From a virus (taxonomy: Duplodnaviria > Caudoviricetes), in the IMG/VR virus record IMGVR_UViG_3300043618_000036, positions 1 through 42,182 of that record: DNA of 42,182 nucleotides; one strand, written 5' to 3'. The notes below the pieces were generated by a model. It was not told the origin of the DNA. It did no database searches and saw nothing but the letters and a program-made list of their open reading frames with translations. Position 1 is the stretch's first letter; each line of letters begins with the position of its first letter. The translations under genes and the position numbers were made by a program. This document shows, piece after piece, positions 40,430 to 42,182 of this stretch.

Positions 40430-40932
40430 TGATGTTGTGGGCGAAACCGGGACTGTGCTCTGTTCCACTGGCCACGCGTGGAACAGAGCACAGGCGGGAC
40501 GAAGAGAGGGTTACACGGGGCGGACCATTTCCGCTTGCGGACCCTTCGGCCCCTGAGTGACCTCGAACTCCACCCGCTGGTTCTCTTCCAAGCTTCTGTA
40601 TCCGTTGGTCTGGATGGCTGAGAAGTGCACGTACACGTCTGCCCCGCCATCGTCCTGGCTGATGAAGCCAAACCCCTTTTCGGTGTTAAACCACTTCACA
40701 GTGCCTGTTGCCATCGGTCCCACTCCTCTATCCGGTACCACGGTGCGATCTTGACGCCCCGGCCGCAGCCCAATCGAGCAGACTCCAGCACCTGATCATT
40801 TCCTCCCGTCGCGCCGAAATCCGCCATCCTCCCTGCACCTCACCCATGGGGATGAACCTCGCCATGCCATGGCCTTCCCCGGGGAGAGACGCCCGGTCGG
40901 AACAGCGGGTAGGCAATTCGCCAACAGCATCC
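40430..40932. mobile_element. 503-bp non-autonomous cassette of the same IR family, carrying a cold-shock gene
   Basis: 40916-40932 is an exact inverted copy of GGATGCTGTTGGCGAAT; 40430-40446 matches 13/17; CCCTG at 40425-40429 and 40933-40937. Confidence 0.72.
40511..40714 (-). CDS. cspA: Cold-shock protein (67 aa)
   Basis: GTVKWFN, KGFGFI (RNP1) and VYVHF (RNP2); GAGGAG RBS. Confidence 0.95.
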   Translation of the reverse strand: MATGTVKWFNTEKGFGFISQDDGGADVYVHFSAIQTNGYRSLEENQRVEFEVTQGPKGPQAEMVRPV

Positions 40933-40965
40933 CCCTGGTGCGGCGCCGGTAGGAGAAGAAGTCCG

Positions 40966-41250
40966 TCACGCAGCCGGGACGGCCGTCTCTTCGCTGGAGC
41001 CGGTGTAGCGGGCCCAGACCTCGGCGGTTCCCTCGCGGGTGCTGTGCGCCTTCGCCTCGAAGCTGCCCGCCGGCCGGAACGCGGTGAGCTTGCCGGTACG
41101 GATGCGGTGGGACTGGTTGGCGGCCCGGTTGATGGTTTCGTGGGTGTCGATGTGCGCCCAGGCGCCGGGGCGTTCGCGCAGGGCTTCGGCGGTGTTGAAC
41201 GCCTCCTGGCTGCGGTGCGGGGCGGGCAGGGTGTCGAACCGTACGTGCAT
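40966..41250 (-). CDS. Hypothetical phage protein (94 aa)
   Basis: AEALRERPGAWA...FRPAGSFEA...VWARY; coupled stop/start. Confidence 0.7.
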   Translation of the reverse strand: MHVRFDTLPAPHRSQEAFNTAEALRERPGAWAHIDTHETINRAANQSHRIRTGKLTAFRPAGSFEAKAHSTREGTAEVWARYTGSSEETAVPAA

Positions 41251-41465
41251 CAGGAGGCTCCGTTCGAGGTGCTGTTCGTGCGGGCGGTCTCGGCGAGGGT
41301 GCGGATGTAGTCGGCGGTGGCCCATTGGTAGTCGGCGAGGTGGTCGCACAGGGAGTTTGCGAGGTCCGCGATCACGGCCAGCGTCTCGTCGGTGTCGAGA
41401 TGCTGGCCGTGTCGGGTGCGCGCGATCCGGTCCGTGCCGGTGGCGGATGTCGTGAGAGTGGGCAT
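41250..41465 (-). CDS. Hypothetical phage protein (71 aa)
   Basis: Tightly packed operon; TGATG overlap. Confidence 0.55.
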   Translation of the reverse strand: MPTLTTSATGTDRIARTRHGQHLDTDETLAVIADLANSLCDHLADYQWATADYIRTLAETARTNSTSNGAS

Positions 41466-41470
41466 GGCCG

Positions 41471-41587
41471 TCAACGGTTGTTGCAGCGGCAGGTGTTGGT
41501 GACGATGTTGAACCAGCTGTCGCAGCTGGAGCACCACACGGAACCCGGGTGCGGGGGCGTGCCGTGGGTGTGGTCGTTGCCGGTCAT
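41471..41587 (-). CDS. Small Cys-rich peptide (38 aa, CxxC...CxC)
   Basis: MTGNDHTHG...WCSSCDSW...TCRCNNR. Confidence 0.55.
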   Translation of the reverse strand: MTGNDHTHGTPPHPGSVWCSSCDSWFNIVTNTCRCNNR

Positions 41588-41601
41588 GATGCTCTTTCGG
41601 G

Positions 41602-41934
41602 TCAGAGGTTGTCGGGGAGCTGGGCGCGCGGCCCGGCGGGGGCAAGGGTGTTGACGATCAGGCCGAGGTCGCGGGGCCGCCACAGGGCGACCTCGAACCC
41701 GCAGCCAGCGAGGTGCTTGAGCCATTCGCGCTGGGCGGGGCGTAGGCGGCCGGTGTTGGTCTTGAGTTCCACGAACAGGGTTCGCGCTGCTTTGGGGTGG
41801 CCGTAGACCTCGTCGGGCCAACCTGCGTCGCTGCGCTGCGAGTTGTGCGTGTGGTAGGCGAGGGTCCAGCCGCGCATGGCGGCGAGCTGGCGGACATGCC
41901 GGCGGAAGCGTTCCTCGGTCATGTCGGTGTTCAT
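41602..41934 (-). CDS. VRR-NUC domain nuclease (110 aa)
   Basis: GWPD...FVELKT PD-(D/E)xK; AQREWL; WRP. Confidence 0.85.
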   Translation of the reverse strand: MNTDMTEERFRRHVRQLAAMRGWTLAYHTHNSQRSDAGWPDEVYGHPKAARTLFVELKTNTGRLRPAQREWLKHLAGCGFEVALWRPRDLGLIVNTLAPAGPRAQLPDNL

Positions 41935-42182
41935 GCGGTTCTCCGGCTCCGGGGTGCGGTCGCGGCGTAGGCGATGGCGCAGTGCTCGGCGGCATGTGGG
42001 TCCGGGCTGGGGATGTGAGTGGCGGGCCTGGGCTTCGGCGCGGGGCGGCGGCGTTGTTCCTTGAGGAGTTCCTGCACGGGGCGGGGTGCTGCCTCTTGGA
42101 GGATGTCGGCCAGTGGGCGGCCGTACCGCTCGGCGATGAGCGCGGCGTAGAGGTCGGTGTCGTGGTGGCTGCTGGTAGGCAT
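41931..42182 (-). CDS. Hypothetical phage protein (83 aa)
   Basis: ATGA overlap with VRR-NUC; starts at the window edge. Confidence 0.55.
   Translation of the reverse strand: MPTSSHHDTDLYAALIAERYGRPLADILQEAAPRPVQELLKEQRRRPAPKPRPATHIPSPDPHAAEHCAIAYAATAPRSRRTA

Noticed and set aside
23310-40932. One large composite element between the IR copies at 23310 and 40916
   Set aside because: These copies are in the same orientation and each has its own nearby partner and target duplication

Overview
A GC-rich actinobacterial (Streptomyces-like) siphovirus prophage segment, almost all on the minus strand. From right to left it contains small early genes and a VRR-NUC nuclease, a ParB/ParB-methyltransferase module, terminase, portal, scaffold, decoration and capsid genes, head-tail connectors, major tail protein, a frameshifting tail chaperone, tape measure, Dit and minor tail proteins, a large tail fibre, a signal-peptide-less CBM-GH6 cellulase, and an endolysin/holin lysis module. 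No integrase or att site is visible. The structural genes look intact, but non-essential positions carry small transposase-less cargo cassettes with readable ends. (1) A 2.87-kb element with ~100-bp inverted ends built from 20-bp sub-repeats carries a complete geosmin synthase. (2) Two cassettes share the inverted repeat GGATGCTGTTGGCGAAT and look IS1182-derived; one carries a secreted protein and the other a cold-shock protein. (3) A TGT-terminated transposon end truncates a DpdA/TGT-like gene next to a VUT transporter. Also present are a 101-nt tRNA-like RNA with a 34-nt structured segment in place of the anticodon loop, parS-like palindromes around the lysis module, a repeated promoter-associated motif before late genes, and a duplicated 3' end of the cellulase gene. 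Family names are from motif recognition and memory, not database searches.
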